The position numbers and the translations under genes are program-made. The notes beneath the pieces are model-generated. The model searched no databases. It was not told the DNA's origin and worked only from the letters and a program-made list of their open reading frames with translations. A stretch of 63,522 nt of DNA, the filler included, from Planctomycetota bacterium (GTDB taxonomy: Bacteria > Planctomycetota > Planctomycetia > JALXBF01): NCBI GenBank assembly GCA_026991575.1. It is 4 parts of 4 records of this genome, joined end to end, with 100 filler letters (N's around TTAATTAATTAA, not from the genome) between each part and the next. Parts side by side here need not be neighbours in the genome. Positions count along the whole stretch, not along the records: positions 32,135 to 47,873 come from JALXBF010000120.1; positions 47,974 to 63,522 come from JALXBF010000123.1; 2 more parts are not named here. One strand, given 5' to 3'. This document shows, one piece after another, positions 44,701 through 55,109 of the stretch (within the stretch, counting starts at the first letter, position 1; every line of letters starts with the position of its first letter).

Positions 44701-46774
44701 GGCGAAAGAACCGCAGAAGCGCTACCACAGCTTCACCCAATCGGGCCGGTTCACTTCGGCATGTTCTCCGCTGCTGTACCGTGACGAGCTGCTGTTTGAC
44801 CGCAACGACCTGGAGCGGACCGTGTTCGACGGAGCGGTCTACCACGTGTTCGCCTGCGAACCGTTTCACAACCTCGTGCAGCACCGCATCGCGGAGGCCG
44901 ATGGGATCAGCTTCCGCGCGCGGCGTGATCCGGCCGATGGCCCGGTCGACTTCTTCGCCGCGCGCGACCGCTGGTGCCGCCCGGTGATGGTGCGCACCGG
45001 TCCAGACGGCGCGCTGTGGGTTGTGGACATGTACCGCTACATGATCGAACATCCGGAGTTCCTCCCCCCGGCGGGCCGGCAGGAGCTGCAGCCGGTATAC
45101 CGCGCCGGGTCGGATCGCGGCCGTATCTATCGCATCCTCCCGGAAGGGAAGCAGGCTCGGCATGTCCCTCCGATCCATCGACTCAACAGCCGAGCGGTCG
45201 TTGACCTGCTCGGCCATCCAAACGGTACGGTGCGTGACATGGCGCACATGGAGCTAATCTGGCGGGGAGCAACCGAGGTGGCCGGCAAGTTGGCCGAATT
45301 CGTACGGAAGCACCCGTCACCGCTGGCTCGGCTCCATGCGCTGTGTGTGCTGGAAGGGTTGAAGAAGCTGGACGATGAGGTGCTGCTGGCTGCGTTGGCC
45401 GATCGACATCCGGGAGTGCGGCGGCAGGCGGTGCGGCTGGCCGAGTCGTGGCCCGAAGATAGCCGCGTTGCGCAGTCGGTGGCCGAGTTGATCGATGACC
45501 CGGACGCTCGGGTTCGGCTGCAGGTGGCATTCTCATTGGGGACGTGGCACAGTGAGTGGGCGGCGAAAGCGCTGGCCGCGCTCGCGGAGCGGGCCGCGAG
45601 CGAGAACCGCTGGTTTGCTGCGGCAGTTCTGAGCTCGCTGCATGGAGACAACGTTGGCCCGGTCCTTGAGATCGCCGCTCGCCAGGGGGGCTATTTCGCT
45701 GAAGGCGCTGTTTCGACCGCCGTAGGGATGAAGCAGTACGAGTTGGTCTCGAAGGTTCTTCGCAAGGTCCTGGACGAGGGATCAGGCACCTTACTCAACA
45801 AGTTCTCGCTCGTGACGACCGTGCTGGAAGCTGCCCGTCGCGCGGGATGGGACGTGTGGCAGGATGACCAGCTCGCGCGGCAGATTTCCCGGTTGACCGC
45901 GGTCGCCGGCCGCGTGGCAGCGGACCGGCGCGCGGAGGTGCCGCTGCGCGTGGCTGCTATCGGACTGCTGGCGCGGCGTGAAGCGGCGCTGGGAGGGGAG
46001 CTAGAGTTGCTGGCCGGTTTGCTTGGTCCACAGCATCCGCCGGACGTGCAGAACGCGGCTCTCAGGCGGCTCGGTGAGATCGATGCAGAGCGCGTCGCAG
46101 AGCTGTTATTGGATGGTTGGTCCGGGTACAGCGTGTCGCTGCGGCGGGCGGTGATCCAGACGTTAAGCAGTCGGCAGACGTGGAGAGCCGCGCTGTTACG
46201 GGCACTGGAACAGGGAAAAGTGGCGCCTGGTGAAATTGACGCCGCAGCGCGCCAGGCGTTGCTGCACAGTGCGTCGGGCAAGCAGCGTGACCGCCTGGCG
46301 CGGGTGTTTGCCCGAAGCCGCGCGCCGCGTGCTGATGTCGTCGCGCGGTTCCGTTCCGCGTTGGAACTGGAAGGCGACGTTACGCGGGGAATTCAGGTCT
46401 TTGAGCGGGCTTGTGCGGCGTGCCACCGGGTTCGCGGGGTTGGTAACGAAGTGGGCCCGAACCTGGCCTCGTTGACCGACAGGCGGCCGCTGTCGCTGCT
46501 GACCGCCATCCTGGATCCGAACGCATCCGTCGACGGGCGGTACGTAAGTTATGTGGTGTTGCTGCGTGATGGCCGTGTGTTGACGGGGATGATCGCGCGC
46601 GAGACGGCCGGGGCGATCGTGTTGGTTGACCAGGATGGTCAGGAGCGGGCGGTGCCACGGGCGGAGATCGAAGCATTGCGAGGCACGGGGAAGTCGCTGA
46701 TGCCGGAAGGTCTCGAGGAGCAGCTCAGTGCTCAGGACATCGCGGACCTCATCGCCCTGCTCCGCTCACTTTAG
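41738..46774 (+). CDS. PVC-type CxxCH multidomain protein: ceramidase-like, LamG, dehydrogenase-like beta-propeller, HEAT repeats, cytochrome c
   Basis: 'ATHTHSAP'; 'WTHVVFVRDG..GRLDEVAFFNRVLS'; 'ELVAAEPLVQDPV'; 'CAACH..GPNL'; 'SLMPEGLE'. Confidence 0.9.
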   Translation: MSEPQRPFYRLMVGTLLPWLLLAGSACAEQPKRQPLRAGASAVDITPQQFPVIVNGSFLEKKATKAYDRLKARALVLDDGVSRVALVVVDSLMLPRALLDEVKQEAQRRTGIPSSRILIAATHTHSAPSAMACLGSRRDDAYVAFLKPRLVQAIERAAARLTEAEIGWTVVPATTLNHCRRWIFRPDRVGRDPFGNPTVRANMHPGYQSPNHIGPAGPADRELTVVAVRRPGGTLMAVLANFAFHYYGTAPVSGDVAGRFGPTLARLLGIDRSEAFVGMLSQGTSGDSMWMDYSRPAPKRDMDAYVGQLARLAASALDRLSYRRRVPLAMAEAELTLRRRVPDEKRLAWARQIVARMGDRLPRNLQEVYAREAIYLARDPVARLKLQAIRIGELGIVAMPNEVYGITGMKIKLASPLPTTFVIELANGAEGYIPPPEQHVLGGYTTWPARTAGLEVTAEPKIVQTVLGLLEKVAGEKRRPIRDPVHRYAQAVRRLKPAGWWRLGEISGTTAHDAAGRHDGRYEPGVVFYLPGPHGEGFAGGRFGNRAAQFAGGRVRVRLGQVPEQYSIAFWFWNGLPDRTRAVTAYLVSLGREGDRQAEGDHVGLGGTAEPGMAGKLFFFNGNRDHTLIVGKTTVPLRRWTHVVFVRDGRRVRLYVDGRLDAEGEAPVTRPVKEVELFLGGRCDRFAPLEGRLDEVAFFNRVLSDDEVAALFEASGLRPLAEAAAAGPTHPESPPLAPSEALRAIHVRPGYRVELVAAEPLVQDPVAIAWGNDGKLWVAEMADYPLGIDGKGKPGGRIRFLEDTDGDGRYDRSVVFLESLPFPNGVMPWRGGVLITSAPNILYAEDTDGDGRADRTEILFSGFHEGNQQLRVNGLRWGLDNWVHCANGRHRAGYRGADQVVSVKTGRQLLLGSRDFRFQPDTGRLDPESGPSQFGRTRDDWGNWFGCMNSWPMWHYVLPDRYLRRNPHFVPPDPRHQLFTPMNPRVYPAKEPQKRYHSFTQSGRFTSACSPLLYRDELLFDRNDLERTVFDGAVYHVFACEPFHNLVQHRIAEADGISFRARRDPADGPVDFFAARDRWCRPVMVRTGPDGALWVVDMYRYMIEHPEFLPPAGRQELQPVYRAGSDRGRIYRILPEGKQARHVPPIHRLNSRAVVDLLGHPNGTVRDMAHMELIWRGATEVAGKLAEFVRKHPSPLARLHALCVLEGLKKLDDEVLLAALADRHPGVRRQAVRLAESWPEDSRVAQSVAELIDDPDARVRLQVAFSLGTWHSEWAAKALAALAERAASENRWFAAAVLSSLHGDNVGPVLEIAARQGGYFAEGAVSTAVGMKQYELVSKVLRKVLDEGSGTLLNKFSLVTTVLEAARRAGWDVWQDDQLARQISRLTAVAGRVAADRRAEVPLRVAAIGLLARREAALGGELELLAGLLGPQHPPDVQNAALRRLGEIDAERVAELLLDGWSGYSVSLRRAVIQTLSSRQTWRAALLRALEQGKVAPGEIDAAARQALLHSASGKQRDRLARVFARSRAPRADVVARFRSALELEGDVTRGIQVFERACAACHRVRGVGNEVGPNLASLTDRRPLSLLTAILDPNASVDGRYVSYVVLLRDGRVLTGMIARETAGAIVLVDQDGQERAVPRAEIEALRGTGKSLMPEGLEEQLSAQDIADLIALLRSL

Positions 46775-47101
46775 CCACGCCCCGGGCAACTGCCGTCGGA
46801 GCGACCGGACAGGTGACGGTCGCTGCGCAGCGCGCCCCGGAGTGGGCTTATGAAAGGTGCACTGTTCACTAGGAGTATGGTCCGACCTCGCCGAACCTAG
46901 GGGAAAGAGACGTACTGCTAGCAAGAGAGAGATACTGCCAGCGATAGACGAGACCGATCTGTCGAAGCCGTGGGCTAGGCGGCAGCAGGGGTTGGGGCAG
47001 AGGACGGCGGGAGGTTCTAGCTGAACTGAGACGGATCAAGCGGCAACTGCAGAATGAGGCCTTCCCGTTCTGACGCGTGAGAACCGGAAAGAGCTGCGGT
47101 C

Positions 47102-47873
47102 ATGCCACGGGTATACAAGTACGACATCGAATGGCGGAAGGGATTCCCTGTGTGCCAGAGCGTCTGGTCGCCAGAAGGCAGGGAACCATCGAAAGAGTGG
47201 CTGGATCAGGTCAACCTTCGCCTTAGTAAAGACCGTGGGCATTCGTCTCTGGCAGACATGTGGGTGCCGTGGGAAGTCGGGTACGCTGGGCCCCCAGACC
47301 TGCCCAAAGGAAATTTCTTCCGCTTCCCCATCGGCAGATTGGGTCGGTACTGCATAGGTATGGACGAGACGGCGCGCCGTGTCCTGGAACCGCTTCTCGG
47401 GCCGTACGGGGAGTTCTTGCCGTTTCGCAGTCGTGACGGCAGATTCTACATATTCAACTGCTTGTACACGGTCGATCCGACCAACCGAGAGGTCGTGAAG
47501 GTAGAACGGGTCGGAACTTCGGAGGTGCATGACCTATACGACTGGACAGATAGGAAGCTGCCTTGGGCGCAGAGGCGAGCTACGTGGATCGACCCGTCGA
47601 AGCTGCCTGATGACTTCGTAGTGTTCAGGCTTCCCGGCACGGACATGCTCTGGCCGTTGACGGCCCTGTACGTTTCGGACGCGGTGGTGGAGGCGGCGCG
47701 GTCGGCGGGTTTGAAGGGAGCGGAGTTTGAGCTGCTCTGGCCGCCGGAGGAGGAGTATCGGATTGTGTACAGCTACGAGCGGCCGAAGGTGAAACCGCGG
47801 CGTGAGCGTGGCTGGCGGCAGCGGATACGGCGCAAGGTGCTGGAGGTGGGCTGGGATGCGGTGATCCTGGAGG
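47102..47873 (+). CDS. Imm11/DUF1629-like immunity protein (runs into the gap)
   Basis: 'GEFLP..FYIFNCL..VD', 'VFRL', 'YVSDAVVEAARSAGLKGAEF'. Confidence 0.6.
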
Positions 47874-47973
47874 NNNNNNNNNNNNNNNNNNNNNNNNNNN
47901 NNNNNNNNNNNNNNNNNTTAATTAATTAANNNNNNNNNNNNNNNNNNNNNNNNNNNNNNNNNNNNNNNNNNNN
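47874..47973. other. Artificial contig linker
   Basis: N-TTAATTAATTAA-N. Confidence 0.98.
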
Positions 47974-50206
47974 CGGACAGCCTTGGGAGCGGTCGGATGC
48001 CGCGTCTGGCGAACATCACGTTTCGATGGCCGCTGGGATAGCGTACGCTCCGTTCGTAAGTGAACATTGGCACCAGCACGGGGGGATGGTGGTAGATGTC
48101 GACTTGCTTCTGTGTCAACCACCACATGTACTGGTGGCCCGCACCGTTGTCATGGTCGCCGGGTCCGATCCAGTCCATGCGGGCAACGTCCAAGGCGTAG
48201 CGGAAGATGGCCTCGAACAAGCCGTCCTGGTCGCGGTGGGCGGTCAGCTCCGTGTGTCGGTGGAACTCACCGCGAAGTAAGCGATACCGTTTGCCCGCCA
48301 GCTCGAAGCGGAACTCCCGGATGCGCCGGACATCTTCCGGCTCGTTGGCGTGGACGACCGGGGCATGAACCGGTTTGTCCACCGGGGCACGCAGCTTCGG
48401 CGCGGCGACGGGCTCGTCGCTGTACAGGATCGTCGCATACAGGTCGTTCTGCTGCCGATTCGCGGTACGGGCACGGTAGTCCGTGGAGTGGATCAAGAGC
48501 AGGCGGCCGTCAGCCAGCGGCACCAGCGGGGGGCGGTTGTCGAGGAGATTTCGGCTGTTGGGTACGGGCACCGGCTGGGACCAGCGATCGCCGTCGTAAT
48601 ACGTTGCGAAACTTGTCCAGACTTCGCCACTGCCACTGGCCAGGGGATGCTGGCGGAAGACGACCCAGATACGGCCATCGTCAGCGACGGCGATCCTGGG
48701 CAGCGAGATCCGCTGGAACCGCCCCTGAGGATAGCGCGTCCCCCTGGGATGCCCCTCAATGCGCCCGACCGTTTCCTTCAGACCATCCTTTGTCCAGCAG
48801 CGCACGATGATCGAGCGCTTGAAGTAGAAGGACTCGCCACTGGGACCGCGCCAACGTTGCCCCTGGTCTTTGCCCCAGTTCGGACCGGCCTGTTCGTAAG
48901 CAATCCAGACCCGGTCTTCAGCGTCGACGGCGATCGATGGCCGCGCTTCGAATCGGGGGGAGTGTGTGATGTCGACGATCTGGGGACTGCGGCTGCCCGG
49001 TTCGATGATCGCCAGCTTCACGTCGTAGTCGCCGCGCTCATAGGTGTCGTATGCGACGAAGACGTTCCCGCGTGCATCACACGCAATCGCCGGAGTCCAC
49101 TCGTTGGCCGAGCCGCTGCCGATGCGTATCGGCTTGGACCAGCCTTGCTCGGCCTGGTGCACGACGACGATGTCGAAGTTGCCCTGCTGCCAGCTCTGGC
49201 AGGCTAACCAGACGCGGCCATGGGCGTCCGTTGCGGCGACGACGTGGATTTCGGCACCGGGGCCGCCGAGCCGCTGCGGCTCAGACCACGTGTCCGTGGC
49301 AGGATCGTACGTTCGAATCACCAGATCCCAGTTGCCCGAGAAATTCTGACTCCAGGCGACAATCACGCGCCCTTGGCCGTCCACGGCAACGGCCGGCCGC
49401 CAGACATCCTGCAGCGGCTTGCTGACGGCCAGCGGCCCGCTCCACCGACCACGCTCGTAACGTGCCAGCAGCACCTGGTCGCCGTTGCCCTCAGGCACCA
49501 GGCTGGACCAGTCCTTCGGGATGAGCGGCTCGTCGGGAAGTTGAATCGGGCCACCCGGGACATAGCTCGTATAAGCCACCCACACGGTACCGTCGGCCGC
49601 GACGGCAGCAGCCGGGAAGTCCTCCTCGAGCGTGCCCTGGGTGAGCTGCACGGAGGGAAAGCTGCCCGAAGCTGTCAGGAGGCCGTCCAGAGCGGTCAAG
49701 GAGCGGCCTGGCGCGACATCGGCCAGACGGATGGCGCATTCGCCTCGGTCCGTGCTGACCTGCATCACGGTCTCTTCGTTCCCGCGCAGCGTCAGACGCA
49801 CGACGGCAGGGGTGCCGGCCGTCACGGCCCGCTTGCGCCGTCTGCGCTTGCGGCCTTTCTTAGCGGCTGGGGCACGGCTGACAGCAGCGATCCGTGCGGT
49901 CGTTGGGGTCTTCTCCAGCACCTGGAATTGCGGCCCGGAGCCGCTGATGTCAAGGAACGTGCCGTCCTGGACGCGCAGGTCGATACGCCAGCGATAGCGG
50001 GATTCGCCCCGAGGGGTCGTAAAGCTGAGCAGCACAGCCCGTGCCTGCGGCTGGAGCCGGCCACGAACCGGCACCGGCTCTTTCGGTTCCCGGCGGTCCT
50101 GAGGCAGCGTCAGTGCCAGGGCGCCGATGACAAGAGAGCTGAGCGTGACGCCCAGCAGCTTGAGCAGGCTGAATGTGGCCAGACCGGGGGCGTTTCGCCA
50201 AGCCAT
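47974..50206 (-). CDS. Secreted beta-propeller plus PHP-type metallohydrolase (DUF3604-like), 3'-truncated
   Basis: Repeated 'P.IA.D..G.VW.A(Y/W)' blades; 'GEFHRHT', 'DH', 'YE..GHRNV'. Confidence 0.75.
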
Positions 50207-50425
50207 TGCCGATGCCCTCCTCGTCGTTTTCGGGCGGGCCGGTCGCTGCGCTGCCCACGAGTGACCACAGTGCCCGTGGGCATATCTGTAACGCACCGCC
50301 GGCCGGAAAACAAGGGGTGCAAAGCCACACTGCTGCCAGTCGACCTTTCGCACCTCCGGACGGAAAGCTATGTTTGCGTAGACCATGCAGGTTCGGTCCG
50401 GCTGCTCCCGCTTGGGAGAACGTCT

Positions 50426-51958
50426 ATGAAGACGCTTACCGAGCTACTGGCAAACACCGTCCAAGCTCGATCTGAGCACGAACTTCTCTGGGAGCGCGGT
50501 GCCGGCCTGCCGTACGGTGAGCTGTGGCACCGGGCGGGGGGATTCGCTCGTTGGCTGCGCGCCGGGCGTCTTCAAGAGCAGGACCGCGTTGCCATCCTGT
50601 TACCTAACGGACGAGCCTATCTGACGGCCTACTTCGGCACTCTGCTAGCACGTGGCATCGCTGTAGGGCTCAATCCCGACACCACCGTCGAGGAGCTGGC
50701 CTGGGTCTTGAGACATTGCACGCCGGCCGTGCTTGTCGCTACCCGAACCCATCGCGCGCTGGTCCACCGCGCCACGGCACTGGCCGACTGTTCGGCTACG
50801 ATCGTGTGGGCTACCGACAAGGGGCTGCTGGCGGCGGACTCGGAGCCGATCGAGTCGGACGAGCCACCGAGTGCCGAGCATTGGCCGGTGCCCGACGATA
50901 TCGCCCAGATCATCTACACGTCAGGCACGTCCGGTCGTCCGAAAGGTGTTACGCTCAGCCACCGCAATCTCGTTGCCAACACACGCTCCATCGTGCAGTA
51001 CCTAAAGCTCGGGCCGACCGACTCGGTCTTCGTGATCCTCCCCTTCTTCTACTCGTATGGCAATTCCCTGCTTCTGACTCACGTTGCCGCCGGCGGTCGC
51101 CTGATTCTTGCCCCGGATTTCGTGTTCTTGAACCGCGCTCTTGACGTCATGGAACAACAAGGGGCAACCGGTTTTTCCGGTGTCCCATCCAGCTATGCCA
51201 TGCTCATCCACCGATCCGACTTCCTTAATCGGTCGTTCCCCACGCTGCGCTACCTGACGTGCGCCGGAGGGGGACTGGCTCGAAGTCTAGTGCGGCGCAT
51301 CCGGGAGGCGTTTCCACACGTCGAGCTCTACCTGATGTACGGCCAGACTGAGGCATCCGCCCGACTTTCCAGTTTGATGCCCGATGAGCTCGACCGCAAA
51401 CCGGGTTCCATCGGACGGGGAATTCCTGGGGTGACGCTACGCGTGCTGGATGATGGGGGGCGGCCGGTCGCACCGGGACAAGTAGGCGAGATCGTCGCCC
51501 GGGGCGAGAACATCATGGTCGGCTACTGGAATGACCCGGAGGGAACCGCAGCTGTGCTTCGCCCCGAGGGACTGCGCACGGGAGACCTGGCCACCGTCGA
51601 CGAGGACGGCTACATCTACGTGGTCGGCCGTAAGAGCGACCTGATCAAGAGCGGTGCGTACCGGATCCATCCGCGCGAGATCGAAGAGGTCATTCTGGAG
51701 CTGGACGGCGTGGCCGAAGTCGCAGTCGTTGGGCTCCCCGATGAGATGCTGGGCGAAGCGCCGGTAGCCTTCGTCGTGCGGTCCGAGCGGTCGGCGGCCG
51801 TCTCCGCCGACGACATCATCCGTCACTGCGCTGCGCGCCTACCGCGGTACAAACGAATCCACCGTGTCGTTTTCGTCGACGAACTGCCAAAGACCAGCAC
51901 CGGCAAGGTGCGCCGGCAATTGCTGCGCGAGCGTGAACTGGCCGGAACCGCCTCCTAG
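50426..51958 (+). CDS. Class I adenylate-forming enzyme (acyl-CoA ligase)
   Basis: 'YTSGTSGRPKG', 'YGQTE', 'TGD', 'LPKTSTGK'; start reassigned to ATG 50426. Confidence 0.93.
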   Translation: MKTLTELLANTVQARSEHELLWERGAGLPYGELWHRAGGFARWLRAGRLQEQDRVAILLPNGRAYLTAYFGTLLARGIAVGLNPDTTVEELAWVLRHCTPAVLVATRTHRALVHRATALADCSATIVWATDKGLLAADSEPIESDEPPSAEHWPVPDDIAQIIYTSGTSGRPKGVTLSHRNLVANTRSIVQYLKLGPTDSVFVILPFFYSYGNSLLLTHVAAGGRLILAPDFVFLNRALDVMEQQGATGFSGVPSSYAMLIHRSDFLNRSFPTLRYLTCAGGGLARSLVRRIREAFPHVELYLMYGQTEASARLSSLMPDELDRKPGSIGRGIPGVTLRVLDDGGRPVAPGQVGEIVARGENIMVGYWNDPEGTAAVLRPEGLRTGDLATVDEDGYIYVVGRKSDLIKSGAYRIHPREIEEVILELDGVAEVAVVGLPDEMLGEAPVAFVVRSERSAAVSADDIIRHCAARLPRYKRIHRVVFVDELPKTSTGKVRRQLLRERELAGTAS

Positions 51959-52185
51959 TCCCTTACCAGCGTTCCGCGTGCTGGCCACATGATCACCAGC
52001 GGTCCGCTCAGTGCTCGGTCCGGATCGAACGCCGTGCAGGACGGCAGATCACCGGACGCTTTCGTCGCGGCACGTGCCCGAGTATCGACCGCCCGTCACT
52101 CATGAGCCCGCCGTGCGCGCCGGGCTCGAAGTCGTCTATAGTGAAGCGAGGCTGTTGGCCGGTGAGTACGCCACGAGGTGACACG

Positions 52186-53559
52186 ATGAACAAACGGTTT
52201 GCCGCGGTCGCAAGCGTTGTCCTTGGCTGTGCCGCCATTGCCTGCTGTGCACACGCACAGGAGCAGCGCGGTACGCTCCGCGTCGGCGTCTTCGACATCG
52301 ATGCGTCGCCTCCTGTGGGCAGTCCGCTGGCGTACGACCCGTGCGTCGAGGTCGAGATGCCGCTGCGGTGCAAGGGAATTGTGCTGCTGCCGGGCGATGA
52401 ACCGATTGTGCTGGTGTCGGTCGACTGGATCGGGATCAGCAACGACGGTCACAAGGAGTTCCGCCGGCGAATCGCGCGCGCGGTCGGCACAGATCCGAAG
52501 CGGGTAAGCGTGCACGTGGTTCATCAGCACGACGCGCCACGCTGCGATCTGACGCTGGAGCGGATGCTGGCTGCGCACGGCTTGAACAAGCGTTTCTTCG
52601 ATCGGGAGTTCCTGTTGGATGTCATGGACCGGGCGGCGCAGGCAGCTGCCGAGGCGAAGCGGACGGCTCGTCCGGTCTCGGCGATCGGCCTGGGCGAGGG
52701 CCGGGTGGAAAAAGTGGCCTCAAATCGGCGGATCCTTGGGCCAGACGGCAAGGTCAAGTACATCCGCTGGACTGCGACCAAAGATCCCAAGATTCGCGCG
52801 ATGCCGGTTGGCACGATCGATCCGATGCTCAAGCTCATCACGTTCTGGGATCGGAACGAACCGATCGTTGCGTTGACCTATTACGCGTGCCACCCTCAGA
52901 GCTACTATCGCACGGGGAAGGCAAACCCAGACTTCCCGGGCATCGCGCGGGCCACGCTGGAGCGGGAAACAGGCGTGCCGCATGTCCACTTTGACGGAGC
53001 AGGCGGGAACATCGGTGCAGGCAAGTGGAACGATGGCTCGCCGGAAAACCGACCGATCCTGGCCGAGCGGTTGGCCGAAGGAATACGGCGTGCGTGGCGG
53101 TCGTTAAAGAAGCATCCGATCCACGTTGCCGAGGTGGGCTGGCGTAGCTTGCCGGTTCCCTTGCCCCCGGCGGCACATCTGAAAGCGGCGATACTTCAGG
53201 ACGTCCTGAGCGACGCGGAGCAGTCGCCAGGCGCGCGATTCACCGCTGCGCGAGGGCTTGCATGGCTGAGACGGTGGAAGGCGAACGACTACGTCGACGT
53301 ATCCTGCCTGTACCTCGGTCGGGCGCGGGTGCTCCACCTGCCGGGCGAGCTGTTTGTCGAGTACCAGCTTGCCGCGCAGAAGATGCGACCGGATCTGTTC
53401 GTGGCTGTAGCTGCTTATGGCGACCTGGCCATGGGCTACATCGGCACGGCGGTGGCGTATGAGCAGGGGGGCTACGAGACCAGTCCGCGCGCGTCTCTGG
53501 TGGGGCCAGATGCCGAGCAGCGGCTGATGGCTGCAATCCGCGACCTGCTGTCCGAGTAG
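52186..53559 (+). CDS. Secreted ceramidase-like hypothetical protein
   Basis: Signal peptide; 'HQHDAP', 'YACHP', 'PGELFVEY', 'GGYE'. Confidence 0.75.
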   Translation: MNKRFAAVASVVLGCAAIACCAHAQEQRGTLRVGVFDIDASPPVGSPLAYDPCVEVEMPLRCKGIVLLPGDEPIVLVSVDWIGISNDGHKEFRRRIARAVGTDPKRVSVHVVHQHDAPRCDLTLERMLAAHGLNKRFFDREFLLDVMDRAAQAAAEAKRTARPVSAIGLGEGRVEKVASNRRILGPDGKVKYIRWTATKDPKIRAMPVGTIDPMLKLITFWDRNEPIVALTYYACHPQSYYRTGKANPDFPGIARATLERETGVPHVHFDGAGGNIGAGKWNDGSPENRPILAERLAEGIRRAWRSLKKHPIHVAEVGWRSLPVPLPPAAHLKAAILQDVLSDAEQSPGARFTAARGLAWLRRWKANDYVDVSCLYLGRARVLHLPGELFVEYQLAAQKMRPDLFVAVAAYGDLAMGYIGTAVAYEQGGYETSPRASLVGPDAEQRLMAAIRDLLSE

Positions 53560-53709
53560 ACGCCAATCGTGCTGGCGTGCCTCTGCGAGCCGGCCCGGTT
53601 GTGCGAAGATCACCGGTAGCGCCCCCGAGACGCCCGCTCGCCTTGACGGGCGCCGCAACATTGCCTATCCCTTCTGCGGTCACGTCGCTCTGTTCGGAGA
53701 GGACCGCCG

Positions 53710-54678
53710 ATGAGTGTTGTCGTTCTCGGAATGCACCGCAGCGGGACGTCGGCCGTCGCCGGTTGCCTCGCTCAACTTGGACTCCACCCCGGATATGGCC
53801 GCTTGCTGCCGGCGCACGAGTCCAACCCGAAGGGGTTCTGGGAGCAAGAAGCGCTGATGCGGTTCAACGAAGACCTGCTGCGTGCATTGGGCGGGCGCTG
53901 GTGGATTCCGCCGGCTATGCCACCAGTCTCCGAACGGCCGCTGCGCAAGGCAGCGGAACACCTGCCTCGCGCCGAGTCGCTGTTTGCCCGCACGTTTCGC
54001 ACGGCTCCCTGGGTCTGGAAGGATCCTCGGCTCTGCCTGTTGTTCTGGTTCTGGCGCCCGATCATTGGCGAGCAGTGCGTCGTTGTCTTCGTGTACAGGC
54101 ATCCGCTAGAGGTGTGGCGGTCGCTGGAACGCCGCGATGGTTTCCCGGCGCGTGAGTCGCTGCTGCTCTGGGAGCTATACAACCTGGCGGCACTCTGGCA
54201 TGCCGCAACACTACCATGCGTCGTCGTTAGCTACGACGAACTGATGAGCACACCCGAGGCGACCGTCGACCGAATCGTGCTGGCTCTGCTGGATTTTGGC
54301 ATCGAGCTAAGAGCGCCCCTGGACCCACCCGCCTTCCTGGAACGTTCCCTCAGACACTGGCGCGCCGGCGAGGCGGAGCTGGCCGAGCATCCGGCCGTTA
54401 CGTCGCAGCAGCGCGCGCTGTACGGCCGACTGTGCGAGCTGGAACACGCCTACGACAGCCTGCCGCTAATCCCTGAGCTGGCCGCTCAAATGGAGAACTG
54501 CCTCGCGCAGTTGGAGCGATCAAACGAACCACGCTGGATCTGGGAGCTGCTCAAACGCGGCCGCCGCTGGACCGTTCCCTGGCAGTTCGTGATGGCCGAG
54601 ACCAGACGCCGACTCTTCGGCAGTGGGGCCCCTCAGCAGCAGCCACAAGCACAGTCCAGGCGTGCGGAGGCTGAGTAA
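53710..54678 (+). CDS. Sulfotransferase family protein
   Basis: 'VLGMHRSGTS', 'WKDPR', 'RHP...SL'. Confidence 0.9.
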   Translation: MSVVVLGMHRSGTSAVAGCLAQLGLHPGYGRLLPAHESNPKGFWEQEALMRFNEDLLRALGGRWWIPPAMPPVSERPLRKAAEHLPRAESLFARTFRTAPWVWKDPRLCLLFWFWRPIIGEQCVVVFVYRHPLEVWRSLERRDGFPARESLLLWELYNLAALWHAATLPCVVVSYDELMSTPEATVDRIVLALLDFGIELRAPLDPPAFLERSLRHWRAGEAELAEHPAVTSQQRALYGRLCELEHAYDSLPLIPELAAQMENCLAQLERSNEPRWIWELLKRGRRWTVPWQFVMAETRRRLFGSGAPQQQPQAQSRRAEAE

Positions 54679-55109
54679 TTCCCTTCGGCCATTGCCGCCG
54701 CCCGCAGTCACGTGGACCGCAGCCCCGCGTTGCTGCAGCCCGCCACATGCCTCCCGTTCCGCGAAACCCTCACTGCCAGCTAACAAGATGAACCCATCCG
54801 GTCCAAGACCAGGCGATGACGGTTCCGCCCCACTCGGCAGACTCTTCCGGTCCGACCCGATTGGGTGATCCGGACGATAGCGCACGCGTGACCGATTGGC
54901 CGGTCGAGCCGTTGGCAAGAGGCAAGCCGAAGAGGGGCCGGGCATGCGAGAGGAAGGAACGCGCTACGGACGTGCCGTGACGGGTTCTGCTCGGGCCGTC
55001 TGTGTCGTGCGTCTGACTCTCAGTTTCATGCCGCGCTCTGCCCGGTGAGCGGCACCGGGGGGTACTCATTAGCACTCTGTGCACGTCTTCGGCTGGACAG
55101 CAGCTTGCG

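Noticed and set aside
49220..50425. 400-aa N-terminal extension on the acyl-CoA ligase
   Set aside because: It is antisense to the real minus-strand gene; the ligase starts at ATG 50426.
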